A stretch of DNA of 59,360 nucleotides, the filler included, from Sphacelaria rigidula (lineage: Eukaryota): the NCBI GenBank assembly GCA_964200075.2. It is 5 parts of 5 records of this genome, joined end to end, with 100 filler letters (N's around TTAATTAATTAA, not from the genome) between each part and the next. Parts side by side here need not be neighbours in the genome. Positions count along the whole stretch, not along the records: positions 11,894 to 23,686 come from CAXNAA020004491.1; positions 23,787 to 35,578 come from CAXNAA020004492.1; 3 more parts are not named here. One strand, 5' to 3'. The notes below the pieces were generated by a model. It saw nothing but the letters and a program-made list of their open reading frames with translations. It was not told where the DNA came from and made no database searches. The translations under genes and the position numbers were made by a program. Shown piece by piece: positions 11,794-24,217 of this stretch; position 1 is the first letter of the stretch, and the number at the start of each line of letters is the position of its first letter.

Positions 11794-11893
11794 NNNNNNN
11801 NNNNNNNNNNNNNNNNNNNNNNNNNNNNNNNNNNNNNTTAATTAATTAANNNNNNNNNNNNNNNNNNNNNNNNNNNNNNNNNNNNNNNNNNNN
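11794..11893. other. Artificial contig spacer
   Basis: N44-TTAATTAATTAA-N44; stops in all six frames. Confidence 0.98.
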
Positions 11894-11967
11894 CCCCCCC
11901 CCCTCCCTCCTCCCGCCCCCCCCCTCAATACAACATACCCCCCCCCTCGCCGGGTTTCTGGGTTCAT

Positions 11968-12004
<37 letters not shown>

Positions 12005-14103
12005 CGAAAAAAAACGCTCTGCGAGTAGCCGGCGTCACCGATGGTTTGATACGTGCTGGCCGTGCCAATACTTCGCTGGAACGGCGATACGCGTTACGTC
12101 ATCACGCTACTTGTGCTGTACACCTTGTCCTGAGTTTTTTTCTCAGGTGTGTGCATTTAGGCCGTGTGGTGTACTATTACGAGGAAAAAAAGTGATATAT
12201 CGCACCGAAAAATTGGTGGAGGGATGTGCGGACTATAATAGGTGTATGGAAGGATATACAAAAACTCCCTTGACATCGATGTTATCATAATTATTTTATA
12301 CTGTTGCTATTGCTAATGCTACTATGAATTGATTGATTGATTAATTGTCTCACACTATCTGATCCCCGAGTGTTGGTCATTATCCACAACATAGGACGTA
12401 CCGTGCCCAAGGAATAGAAAGAAAAAAAGGAACCGATCGCTGTAGAAGAGAAGGGTGAAGATTACATTTCCTGTTTGGTAATGATCTATATCGCTTTCTT
12501 CGATTCGCGTTTCCCGCTTGCGGACGACGCAAACCAACATACTGGTGAAGGCTACCGTCGGAAATGGAAGTCGTATGATATGTTTCAACCTGTGTGGTTT
12601 TGACCTACGGGCCAGGTCGACCACCGGGGCGCGGCAGCACGAAGTTCATTGTCGCGGCCGACCGGAGACTTTACACAGGATGAGTCGTCACCCTATTTAT
12701 TTATTCATGTACTCGACGTGAGGAGGAAACCTGACCCAACACGTACCCCGCAAGCGGCGCAAGCGGGGTCGCGTACCGATTACCCGGAGGCTCGACCAAA
12801 TTGCCTCTTGGCAGTCATGTGGGGTAGGCACGTCGAGCGTTCGCAAGCTTTGCTCAAGGCACTGTACTGGTCGGGTCGGACACACTAAAATCTCCCACCA
12901 ACTTGGCGGAGCTCACGCGCCAATATGTTCTCAAGAGCTTCCCCCCTAGGTTGCCCCATTTTAGTGAACCTATTTAATATGGTGGTGACCGTCCAAAAAC
13001 ACTCTGTTTTCCTCCCCCAGCGTTGAGCATCCTTGACTTGAAACTTGCGAGGGTAACGCATCTTTCGAAGGAAACAGCGGTCGAGACTGCTGTTTCCCAT
13101 CTGCGTCCGGATAGGTCAGACCTCTTTTTTTGAGGCCTTGAACGAGTGCCTCCTGAACCTCCGAATCATGCATTACCCCACTCGACTACCTCGCCCACAT
13201 CGTACGAATCAAGTCGTATTCGGCGTGTTCCGTTTATCGTAAATTCTAGTCTATGTCCTGTGGGTGACCCGTCGTGGGTACCACGTGTCTCCCTACATAG
13301 AGCTTTTGGCGTCTTTCGTACATGGTAGCAGATGTTGTGCTCGCTGGGTAAGGATGGTTTCCCGCTGTATGAATCAAGTGTGCTCGAGGCGGTCGTCTCA
13401 GTTCGAGCTATGTTCTCGGTAGCGAGTCTGGTTGTGAGCTGTTCGAGTGTTTTTCTATTATTACAGTGCTCCCAACGTGCATAAACCCTCTGTACTACAA
13501 CCACAAGGTATACGAATGACTGACTGATTGTGGAATGTATCACGTGGTCGTGCGCCATGACGCGGAGACAAAAAATGACTGGCTGTCTCGTACAGCGTGC
13601 TCGTCGATACATAAGAAATGGTGGTGCAACACGCATCACCCATTTTACATTCATTTTCGGGTTTCGTGCACCCTTTCCTTCAGGTCCGTTTTGAAAACTC
13701 CCCCCCCCCCTTTTTGCTTATACGAGTATATATTTATTGGGATTTGTCTTTCCACAAATACAGGTGGCGGTCCTAGCCGCTACTCAGATGCCCTCGTCTG
13801 TAATGAAACCCGCCGCCCCCATCTATCACTGAGCAAACGGAAGGAAGTCCCTCATCGTGCCCTCCCGCACGAAAAACCAAATCAAAGCTAATCCCATACT
13901 ATCCTGCGGTGCTGTGGAGAATGACTACAAATATCCCCGTTTTCTCTTCCGCATCGCCCGCAAATGTTTCGTTCTTTGGCCATTTTCAAGTTGCGATGCA
14001 CTCTTTGACTAACCTTACTTCCTGTGTGCTGTGCCCGACGTACGGGGGGGGTTGGGATGGGGTGCGGGGGTATGCTGTAACCGTCGGATTATGACGACGT
14101 AAG

Positions 14104-14234
14104 GGGGGAGGGTTGTGAGCGAGTTCGATCCGTTCCAGAGGCTGACTTCCGTTCACGTGAACTCTACGGACGATCACATGCTGGCTTCGGGTTACACTTT
14201 CGGCGTGAGGCTGTTCGACATCGAAACCAAACAG
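14104..14234 (+). CDS. Exon, DHU1-like WD40 protein (5' boundary uncertain; upstream exons not found)
   Basis: VSEFDPFQRLTSVHVNSTDDHMLASGYTFGVRLFDIETKQ|GTGCAG, phase 0. In-frame TAA at 14100 forces an acceptor at 14103 or 14110. Confidence 0.85.
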
Positions 14235-15269
14235 GTGCAGTCAACACTCTTTCCATTCGTATCCCATGACAAAAGCACTGCGCCGGTGCCGCTGTGTGCT
14301 GCTTATGACCCGTCTGTAAGTACTTTCTCTGTCCCATAAGACAGGGTATTCCAGTTTTCAAGGAGCGCTCACCCCAACGGCGTGTGTGTATGACACTAAA
14401 CTTGGTATCGTTGGAAAGATGAAACGTAGGGGAAGCCGACGGAAAGAAGAAAAAGAAACGACGGATATTTCTTGTCGAAAATTCGGGTAAAAAATGACCA
14501 ATTTCGGAAATATTTTGACATTTTTTGTCTAGAATCAAGTTCCAGCAATTGCGGAAGACGACTGACTTTTCAGGGGGCAGAAGCGTTTTTCAATTTTTCG
14601 TTTTTTTTTTCTGCACTCGGGTTATGAGCGGATATGGCCTTTAAAAGAGAGGAGGATTGATTTTTTTCCGGCTGATAGGCGCCATGGGTAGAAACATGAG
14701 GAAAATACGTGAAATAAAGAATAATGATGAAAAGTACAAAAATGGGTTCCGACGCAAAAAACGCCGAGAAAAATATTAAGAAAAACGTCTTTGCAATCGG
14801 ACACGGTGAAGGACTAGTGTAAAAACCCCAAGTACCCTAACTTATGGGACAGATAAAGTGTAAGTATATTACATATACTGTATGTACTAGCTCACACCCT
14901 CAGGAGGTGACGAAACCGACTGCACATGCATTTTACGATGGTCACCGAAGACGAAACAGCTGTAATGAAAGGACAGTGAGGGTGTGCATATATATCCCAG
15001 ATATGCGTTTCCCAGGAAAGAACGTGAGTACATAGAGTAATCGACTGAGTTTGTTTGACGTGGGCTGACGCGGTGCGGGAGTGCTGAGCCAATCGGCGAG
15101 ACCAAACTGCAAGGCTTATACCAGGGGAGAGATGGGATGATTCCTTGAGACCACGCAGTTATCCCGAGGAAGGGGAGGGGTTCAAAGTGCGACGAATCGT
15201 TGACGAAAAATGTGCGTGTTTCGACGTACATGTATCCTGGTACGCGTACTTGATTAAAATAATTTTGAA

Positions 15270-15530
15270 GGATCGGAGGAATGATGATTCGTCTGAAAAT
15301 TTCTTGCTCCCGGTATATATGACCTGTACCGCACGAATCAATCAGTCGTTAGGCTTTGTTTTTCAGCGTTGCACCCCAGGTGCGTGAAATAGCGCAAAAA
15401 TCGCGTAAGAGACTTGTTTCGCTTGTGGTCAATTTTCTCTGTCTTTCGATCAGTCATGCGTCAGAAATCGTAGATTTGGTGATTCGAACCGACGATGATT
15501 CATCAAACTCTTGAAAATTTTGAAGTCTTG
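15270..15530 (+). repeat. Dispersed intronic repeat (also ~22435-22700, ~35495-35578)
   Basis: Shared TGATTC.TCTG(A/G)A.AT…CGAATCAA in all three; CAGCGTTGCA.CCCAGGT…AGAAATCGT.GATTTGGTGATTC in the first two. Confidence 0.65.
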
Positions 15531-16359
15531 CCGCGCACTATCAAGATCTGCACCTGGCACCCTTTCAGAATTTTGCAGCAATTGGGGACAGGCAGGCTCG
15601 TTTGAAAGCTGGGGGTCAAGCGTTCCCAATACAAGTTTATAGCGCGTGCGCTGGCGCTGTTGGGGACGGAGAGATATTGATCGAGATGTTGTGCTTTATA
15701 AGCTTTCATTCCCTGCGAATGCTGGACTCGCTCTGTTGCGATGTCACGGTGTACAAAATGCACATGCCGTCGTCCCATTCCGCTTTTGCTTACTGTGTGT
15801 GCACTGTGTTCATTGGTGCTGCTTCTGTATGGTGTGTTCATTTTTGTCATCTCAATGTGATCGCCTCGTTTATAGGACCCAGCCCGCTTACTCATGAGCG
15901 GGGCCCGTCAACCCCGGCATCGCCATCCTCCAACCCCCAGGCTGGGCTATAATCATACTCCTCACTTGGGATGTGCACCATGCTGCATCCCACAGTCGTT
16001 CAGTCCATCTTGTCGCCCTATGCCCTGCATCTGCAAGGCTTTCCAACTCCACGCCCACGTCGCGTTTCTACACACCTCGTACACCCAACACCGAGTGAAA
16101 AGCCAAGACCTGCACACGACATCTGTCCTGGGTTGGGTAGGCCGCATCCATTGTCCACGATTCTTGATTACTTGAAATATTTTTCGTCATTCAATATTTT
16201 TGCCAGTTCCCCTCGCCCCTCGGCGCCGCCCCTCGCTGCAAATCCCCAAAACACACCCCNNNNNNNNNNCCTACCCCCACCCCGCTCCCCTCGTTTTCCA
16301 CTAATTTTTTTTTCCTTTCTTATTTTTTCTGCCCCCCCCCCCCCCCCCCCCCCCTGCAG

Positions 16360-16461
16360 GTGGTGCGAGACTTCAAAGACATCCACCAAGATCACATCAA
16401 CATTAGCCGTTTCGCCAACCATTCGCCTTTTATCTTCGCCACTTCTAGTTTCGACAAAACG
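16360..16461 (+). CDS. Exon, DHU1-like WD40 protein
   Basis: TGCAG|VVRDFKDIHQDHINISRFANHSPFIFATSSFDKT|GTGAGG, phase 0-0. Confidence 0.92.
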
Positions 16462-17484
16462 GTGAGGAGAGTGTAAACCTCTTTATTTTATTTTTGTTTT
16501 GTTTCGTTTTTGTGATGACGATAGGTTATTTTTCCTCGCTTCGACGCGCTAGCCGCCTCATATGAGACTTGTTGTGAAATATATCGTCATGTACCTCGAC
16601 AGGAGCGTTAACGTGGGATTTAGCGCACGTAACAAATACGAGTCGCGGTGTATGGACTGCGCACACTGGATGATGGCAATACTGTAGGTCACATTGTTGA
16701 AGAGTGTGCTGGGTACACTGAGGAATCTACTGTCTATTGCAATAGACACAGTACTCGATACTGTACGCAGTACACTTTTGATTAGGTGATCTATTGTCCA
16801 GGGTGTGATGGATTGTCTCCAGCGATTTTGTGTGGGCCGTTTCAGAATTCTGCTTTATATCTTGCTGTATTTCGGAGATCGATATTCCGCGGGGACCGCT
16901 GTTCATGTGTCCTTCTCCGAGGCTGAAATTTGTCTTGCCCTCCTTCATTTTGCAACCGCTCTAATCGCTGTTTATCCTAATTTTAGCGCTACTACATGAT
17001 TGTAGCTGTATCCCCGCAAGGGCTTCGAAAGGCCTGAGTCTGTTTTGATATTTTGGAGTGTTGAACTTGTTTCGCGCGGTCTCTTTTTCTGTTGCTGTTT
17101 TTTGGCGTTTGACCCCCGCAAAGTGATTGTGATGAACTGCAGGTCTCATTTCAGCATGCCTGCTTCACTTCATTCTTGACTGTTTTTTTTTTCTGGGGTG
17201 TGGGTTTTTTTTTTGTTTTTTTTTTTTTTTTCTCACTTATTTTCTGCCGGTCATTTTTTTTTTTTTTTTTNNNNNNNNNNGGCGTTTGTGCTCGGCTGCG
17301 TGGTTGTGTTGTTCTTCTGGTCTGTTTTCAGTCTGCCTGTTCCACTTCTTTTTTGTCTGTTTTTTTTTGCGGGGGGGGGGGAGTTCGTGCGTCATGTACT
17401 CCGTGCTCTCACTCATTTACGGCCGCTCACATTTTTTTTTCTTCATCTTCGTCTCTTTTTTTGTCGTTCCATCAACCGTTGTAG

Positions 17485-17573
17485 GTAAAAGCGTGGGACT
17501 CGCGTGTGAGGGCAGACAAAGCCCCCATATACACCTGTCACTCGGAGCGAGGGCACGTCATGCTCAGCTTCAG
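17485..17573 (+). CDS. Exon, DHU1-like WD40 protein containing WDxR (DWD box)
   Basis: GTAG|VKAWDSRVRADKAPIYTCHSERGHVMLSF(S)|GTAGAC, phase 0-2. Confidence 0.92.
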
Positions 17574-18533
17574 GTAGACTGGTAGACACACACATACACA
17601 CAAGTAGTATCGAGTGTTTCCGTTCATGTGAAGCAATACCTCAAGTTTTCATCATGTGTGCTTTCACCATGGATGGACTCGTGACGAATCACTTCGTGCG
17701 AGAGATGAATCCAGCCAAATATAGTTATCGACCAATTCCTGCCTTCTTTTTCTTTTTTTCGTCGTATTTGGTGCTCTCTGGTCTTTGAGAGTGAGTTTTA
17801 CGATTAGGTAAGGGAAACCAGAACGCAGCTGTGGATGTGGCGCATTTTTTTTTATTGACAGCCTCCGCTTCTAGGATGTCATATTCTTGTTGGAATTTTT
17901 ATGATCTGAGCTATCCGCATGATGTTGATGATACGCGCACGTACCCGGAGAGGGACGGGTTGAGATCCCTCCAAGATCACCGACTCGTCCCGAGGAAGGG
18001 TCTTGATGAGATAGTGAATGTATTGAAACAGCGGAAACATGAGCGGGGCAACACCAGCCCACACGTTGGTTAATAATGGAATGCATCGGTCAGGACCCGT
18101 CCGTCCAAGTGCTGGAACTTGATCAGGCGTTCGCGAAGCCGAGAAGGGGTTGGAATCATGACATGGGCAAGAAAGAAGAGAAAAAAGTCGGCATCTGGAG
18201 TGTTTTTGTCGGAATACGTTGTTCACCCCCCCCCGGTAACTGAACTTCCGGAACCCATTTATTCGTCACCCGCGGGTATTATCCTGTGTTGCACACGGTA
18301 TCTACATACAATTTACACCGTTTATTTTTATTTTTAAACCCTGACCTGGATGATACCGACGCCACTGTGAATACCTACCTTACCGCTCCTTGTCATTCCC
18401 AGCTTTACTCGCCATGCTCGTGTCTGTTTTTGTTGTGTTTTCAACTTCGGTCGCTCCTGCTGCCGAATGGAAAATTGACGCGAACTTACGTTTTTTTTTC
18501 TTGTATTTGTTGTTCCGTTTGTCTGGAAAATAG

Positions 18534-18683
18534 CCCGGACGACGTTTTTTTGCTCACCTCGGCGGTTGACAACGAGATAAAGCAGTATCTTACCGTGGAT
18601 GGGAGGTTGCACATGGATCTTGATGTGCCCAAGACGGGTCTGGAGGAGAACTACACGCGCTCGTACTACACGTCCAGCGGGAG
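18534..18683 (+). CDS. Exon, DHU1-like WD40 protein
   Basis: ATAG|PDDVFLLTSAVDNEIKQYLTVDGRLHMDLDVPKTGLEENYTRSYYTSSG(R)|GTGTGT, phase 2-2. Confidence 0.92.
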
Positions 18684-18711
18684 GTGTGTTGTCAAGTTGG
18701 GGAGTGTTGGG

Positions 18712-18812
18712 GGCCTGTACTCATGATCTTGCATGCCGTAGTCATCTGACCATTGACCCCGCATCCCTACAAAGCCGGGACGGAGCACGCCGGGTTTTCG
18801 CCGGACCAGGTT
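18712..18812 (+). repeat. Dispersed repeat family (copies ~20312-20590, ~24275-24375, ~28268-28318, ~32775-33030)
   Basis: Shared TCATGATCTTGCA.GCCGTAG…CGCATCCCTACAAAGCCGGGACGGAGCACGCCGGG…CGCCGGAC, usually preceded by a G run. Confidence 0.8.
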
Positions 18813-19223
18813 CGCATTCCCCAAGCTCCAAGCTTTTTTTTTTCTGGTGGGGAGTGGTGTATGTATGTGTGTATGTATTTGTTTTATTTAGGGGCGGGGG
18901 AAGGTGAATAGTCTTTGACAATTTCTGCGGTTCTTCTTCAACACGCTTGGCCATGCAGTGCGTGCACGCATGCTGAGCCTGATTGACTGCGCCGTTTTCA
19001 CTGGAGCAAAGTGAGAAGATGTACCACATATCCTGTCGTGCCTGCCCCTGTTATGCTAGACAGCTCTACGGAGGAAACGCTCAATATTTTTTCGGTGTGA
19101 AACACAGTATGCAGCTAGCTGGTTGTCTCTATGCCGAATTTTTCAACTCGGCAGATAAACCCCTCGTGCGCTGGACCAACCATCTGATTTGAGTCCTTGT
19201 GTCATCTTCCCCTCTTCCACCAG

Positions 19224-19352
19224 GTTGATACTCTCCGGGTCGTCGGAGGAGCAGATCGTAAGGCTGTACTGCGCACAAACAGGCCGCCTCATACATTCGG
19301 CGGAAATGTATCCAGGGCGCAAACACGGCTCGCTTTACGTCCAATCTCTCAG
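19224..19352 (+). CDS. Exon, DHU1-like WD40 protein
   Basis: CCAG|LILSGSSEEQIVRLYCAQTGRLIHSAEMYPGRKHGSLYVQSL(R)|GTGATA, phase 2-2. Confidence 0.92.
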
Positions 19353-20587
19353 GTGATAACTGTTATTTTCGGCGTTCGCTTGTGCTAGCTGGCCAGCAGG
19401 AGGGAGAGACTCGTCTGCGCTGAGGTTCCGCTTCGATGTTTTCATCTTCCTCCCCCCCCCCCCCCCCCAACCAAAAATAAAAACAAATCTAATAAAAACA
19501 CCAAACCAAAATAACAATAATATTACCACAAAAANNNNNNNNNNCATCCGGGCGGGCGGGCCCCGCGCCCCCGACACCGCCTCTCCCCTTTTTTCTCCTC
19601 CCCCCCCCCCCCCCCCCCAAAACAAACATACAAGTAAAAGTGGACACATACACAAACATACATGCAAATAATGAAGCGAACAAGTGGAGCCTTCGTCGTT
19701 TATTTCATGTTTCAGTCAGAACAAAGGCGGCGCTCAGTCTGTTTGTGCCAATAGCGTGTGTACACATTCTTGTCGTTGGCCTAGGTCGCCACGACTGCTT
19801 CGTTCATGATAGCATATGGCTGTGTTTATAACTAAAGTACTGATTGTCAATCCCTTGGACATCGACAAGCTCCGCGCTAACCGCATCCACGGTGTAAGAA
19901 CGTAAGTGTCATACACGACGGCCGCCAAAAAATACAGTTGACCTTCTCCAGCGCGTGGACAGTGTGCTGATTGCATAGCATTATTACAGGGGGCCTTCAT
20001 AAGTTCTTGCGGACGAAAATCGACTAGTTTGGTCGTGCATAGATTCCTTTGAAAGTTAATCGTTTCTCTTCGTCTCACCGCGAGAACAAAAATAGGGACT
20101 GCAGGTACTGTCGAGATCGGAGCCCACTCATTCCAACCGGAAGTGCAACAATGTAGTGTTGATGGTAGGTTGACAGCTGGGGCGCGGCGGTAAATTATAT
20201 CGCATGTATTGATTGGATTACTAGTAAGCTTTATTAGGTCTGGCCCCCAGAGGTTGAAATCCCTCATCTTTTAACTTCAGCGGTGTCGCCGGCTGACACC
20301 GCTGTTGCTAGGGAGTATCTTCATGATCTTGCACGCCGTAGTCGTTGGACCATGGATTTCGCATCCCTACGAAGCAGAGACGGATCACGCGGGATTTTTC
20401 CCGCACAAGGCTTGCAATCAATCACCGAACGCGAAGCGCCGTGATGTGTCCGGCGAGTCGCTCGAAGCGTGAGCTGCATCTTGCTGAGGTTGTTCGGCCC
20501 GAGGCGTACTGACATCTTGCATTTGGATGACAGCCTCCAATGAGTTGGCTCGTTCTCTGATACGACCACGTCCAGAGACAGCCACGA

Positions 20588-20760
20588 GTTTGATTGATTG
20601 GTTGATTGTCGCACTTCAACTGACCCCCCAGGGGTCCAGCCGTGGTCTTATGATGGACGTCCCCAAGAAAAACGAAACTGAAGCACGCTCTGAGAAAAAG
20701 AAGGAACGGAAAAAAAGGGGGGGGGGGGTCGAACAGAACGACATCGCAGACTAAGTCGTA
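20588..20760 (-). repeat. 3' end of a SINE/LINE-like repeat with (TCAA)n tail (second copy ~25180-25330)
   Basis: TTGATTG…TTGTCGCACTT.AA.TGACCCCCCAGGG.TCCAGCCGTGGT…AAAACGAAACTGAA is shared between contigs 2 and 3. Confidence 0.65.
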
Positions 20761-21047
20761 ACAAAAAAAGAGGAAATGAAAAAGTAGTTACACCGCCTCA
20801 TTGTGTGTCTCACCGTTCATCACCGCGTGCCGCTGTAGCTATTAATAGGGGATGCTGTGATCACCTCTGTTCGGGTCGACCCGCTTTCTGAAGGACCCGG
20901 GCCCGTTGACACGGACCGTCATGCAGGTTTCATCAGCCCTGCTATCCTCTAGGGGGCAATCACAAGATAGAGTACAACAAAATGCCGAGACTTTCGTCGC
21001 TTCACCTACAAGTTGTATCGCTTCGTTTTGCATGTTGTGCTGCCCAG

Positions 21048-21152
21048 GGGCGACCCTCATCATGACTTCCAGTTCAGCGTGCTGGTCAATTACAGAGACA
21101 CGGCATACCCCCTGGAGATCGTGACGGTCGACATGCTGCAGGGAAACAATGG
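21048..21152 (+). CDS. Exon, end of DHU1-like WD40 region
   Basis: CCCAG|GDPHHDFQFSVLVNYRDTAYPLEIVTVDMLQGNN(G)|GTGAGG, phase 2-2. Confidence 0.9.
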
Positions 21153-22088
21153 GTGAGGGTGGAGGAAGACATATCCTGTACGTAGGCTGAAGTCGGAATA
21201 AATCGCACCCGGTGATACCGGTGAACATATGTACGGCCACGTGTGCTTTTTTTTTTTTCTTGAGAAACTGGAAGTATGGCGAATCCCGTTCTTTTGAGCG
21301 ATCACTTTCACGGGGACAACTACAAAGTTGAAACACGCGCCGAACGAAATTCGAGAAAGGGGACGGATGAAAGAAGAGGCACAGTACAACAAGTCAACCC
21401 TTAGACCGCGAGGTTAGTCTTCTGTTGAATCGGCATCAACTTCAAGTGAAAAAAAAGTATGCATGATCCAGAGAGACTAATCTCGCGGTGTAAGGGTTAA
21501 ACGAACAGACTCAGCTGAAGAAGACAATAAAAAGGAGGACAAACGTGCCTCCAGCAAGCGAGCTGAAATCGGCGTTTGAGCGGAAAGGCGTGCTGTTCAC
21601 GCTGGCGAGCACTTCGGGCGCTGTCTGCCCCATCCCTGTACCCTTCTACCCGAAAGATCTGAATGTGATGATCTACTCTTGGATCAAACATTCAAAACTA
21701 GTTTTCAAGCATTGAATATGGATATAAGTTAATGCAAAGCTGTACGGCTGCTGCCAACTCTTTGATCGCCGGGCTGGGTAATCTGGATCATACCAAGTAC
21801 ATATTTCATTTTTTTCAATTGACAACGGCACCGATTCGACAGATAAACCACCTCTGCGGTCACAGAGTTGAAGCTCTTCCTCCCCCCCCCTTTTTTTTAT
21901 ATCATTTTCCAAAAGGGATGACCTCAGCTTCGTAGCGATGATGTACCTGCACCCACAGTTGTACAGGAATCCGCCGTTTTTGTTATCACTTTTTTTGTGT
22001 GACAAACGACATTAATGTCCTCAGTGACCAAGAAGACGGGTCACAAATGCGCCAAATCGCACCGTGCCTGTTATTGACCACCATCTAG

Positions 22089-22303
22089 GGAGGATCTTAG
22101 CTCCCTCATGACCTACACGTCATCCTCGCGGCTCTCGGCTGACCTGGGCCGCGCGTGTGTAGAGAAAGAAGGGGCCGATGTTCATCTCGTATCGAGAGAC
22201 CGGTCGCGTTTCTCTGCGCACAAAGCCATACTGGCGTGCCGGAGCCCGGTTCTCAGCAGCTTGCTCGCTGCGTCTGCTGCTACTTCTGCCGAGCCGTCTA
22301 CAG
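22089..22303 (+). CDS. Exon encoding N-terminal half of a BTB/POZ domain, in phase with the WD40 exons
   Basis: CTAG|EDLSSLMTYTSSSRLSADLGRACVEKEGADVHLVSRDRSRFSAHKAILACRSPVLSSLL…|GTGAGG; classic DV.L…F.AHK.ILA.RSPV BTB motif. Confidence 0.88.
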
Positions 22304-23686
22304 GTGAGGCGACCTAGAGTTTTGGTCGTATATCTATGGTTGATTTTGTCGAACACACTAACAACAACGTTGAAACCCTAACCCTAACCCCGACCCAAGG
22401 CGTACGAGAGCCTCGGGCAAGGGGGGTGCATAGGTTCAAGGGTCGGCCAAATAATGATTCGTCTGGATATTACCTGGTTTTAGTGTAACTGATTCGACTT
22501 GTACGAATCAACCCCTAGGCTTTGTTTGCAGCGTTGCAACCCAGGTACACGCAGCCCAGACACGTGGAATGGCGCAAAAACTGCGTGGATACCCCTTGGA
22601 CCAGCGATCAACTNNNNNNNNNNTTTTCTCCCTTTTGGGTAATCAGGCCGAAGAAATCGTGGATTTGGTGATTCTTAGTCGTGATGATTCGTCCTAACCG
22701 TGCATAGCTTCCCCTAGGCAAAGGGTGCGTTGGAAAACCTGAAGTCGACGCCGCAGGCGCTGATTTCGATAAAAACACGTTCTGGACGAGCTAGACCCAC
22801 TGCTCACCTGTCCCAAACCATAAAATTTCTCAGAACTTTGTCGACTCTAAAATCAAATAGTCATGTTTTTCAACCGGTGATGTACAACCAAAGCTTCAGG
22901 TGTGCTGCTACAGGTACGTATGCTGTAGTGCTACATGCATGGAGGTTTCAGAATTGCCATCCGATTGATGTTGACTTCCGCCTTTGGTGGAGGCAAGCTG
23001 GCAAGAAGTGGAGTGCATACTTTCTAGTACCGCCAGTACCCCGCTTATTACACTAGTGTGCATGACTCATGTATTACTCTATATTTTTACAAAAGTATTG
23101 TGTGCCATGACTCGTCCATCTCAGTAAGTGTGTGTGCTGACTAGCTGTGTACAGTTAGCTGTGCCTAAGTACGCGCCTCGTGTGGTGTATGAAGAGCAGA
23201 ATTTCGCGCCGCTTTTGGCCTGCCATGCGTGAGAGATGTGACGAGAGATCGTCAATTGAAAAACGAAAAGGGCGAGACGTAAATGCCATCTTGGGGCAAG
23301 TTAAAGAAATATTAAATAGTTTGCGAAAAAGATCTACGAGTATGGCACGATATTCAAAAAGGAGGACAGGAATAGTCGTTTGCAAATAATGCCCGGCATC
23401 TTGCACAAGAGATGGTCCGCTGTTTTTTTTTTTCTCGTTCCAACTTCCTTCGAAACGTTTCGATTGTTCTCATTCGTACGGGTTCAAATCGTACGTAGCT
23501 TCCGCAGCCCGAACAACTATTATACAACCAGTACCTAGTCGTACGCAAATAACTGCTCAATCATGAAGAAATGCTTGGAAATGCTCGGTCACCCATCTGT
23601 ACAACTAGGTGTTTGCGGACCGACGTCCGGATGGGTAGGGTGACTCATGTACAGAGTCGAGCTAGGGGACATTGTAGGAGGTTTGG

Positions 23687-23786
23687 NNNNNNNNNNNNNN
23701 NNNNNNNNNNNNNNNNNNNNNNNNNNNNNNTTAATTAATTAANNNNNNNNNNNNNNNNNNNNNNNNNNNNNNNNNNNNNNNNNNNN
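23687..23786. other. Artificial contig spacer
   Basis: N44-TTAATTAATTAA-N44. Confidence 0.98.
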
Positions 23787-23857
23787 GGGTCAGGGCATCC
23801 CCGTTTGCAGACTCATTCGGGATATCCCCAGCACATTGGAATAGTAATCCTGGCGTG

Positions 23858-24052
23858 CTCTCGCATATTTTCATATTTCGTGTTTTGGATGAAAAGGGCT
23901 CCTAACAATTCTAACCTCAGAAAATATTTGTGTTCCCCTACCGTAGCACCCTTCCGTACTCTCGCATATTTTCATAAGTCGTGTTTTGGATAAGATAAGG
24001 GGCTCCTAACAATTCTAACCTTTAAAAAAAATTATGTACCCCTACCGTAGCA
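23858..24052. repeat. ~100-bp tandem duplication (2 units), intronic
   Basis: CTCGCATATTTTCATA…GTGTTTTGGAT…GGGCTCCTAACAATTCTAACCT…CCCCTACCGTAGCA occurs twice. Confidence 0.85.
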
Positions 24053-24070
24053 TTACTCGCTTCCCCATAC

Positions 24071-24217
24071 CTCGGCGTGTAGAGGCTAACTCCATACATA
24101 TCTCGAGCGAAATCTTCGGGCGCCCCGTACTGGTACGTCAATGTCGCGTACTTAGCCCAAGCGAAGAAATGCGGAGACACCTCAATGTCATCTTCAAATA
24201 AGAAGCCGTGGTGATGC
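24071..24217 (-). CDS. Exon, GT-A/GT2-like glycosyltransferase (EDD motif)
   Basis: CTCAG|HHHGFLFEDDIEVSPHFFAWAKYATLTYQYGAPEDFARDMYGVSLYTP(R)|GTATGG, phase 2-2. Confidence 0.88.

Noticed and set aside
22373-22390. Telomere repeat CCCTAA
   Set aside because: Only 2-3 units, internal and at the edge of a dispersed repeat; similar short runs at ~25594 and ~32242.
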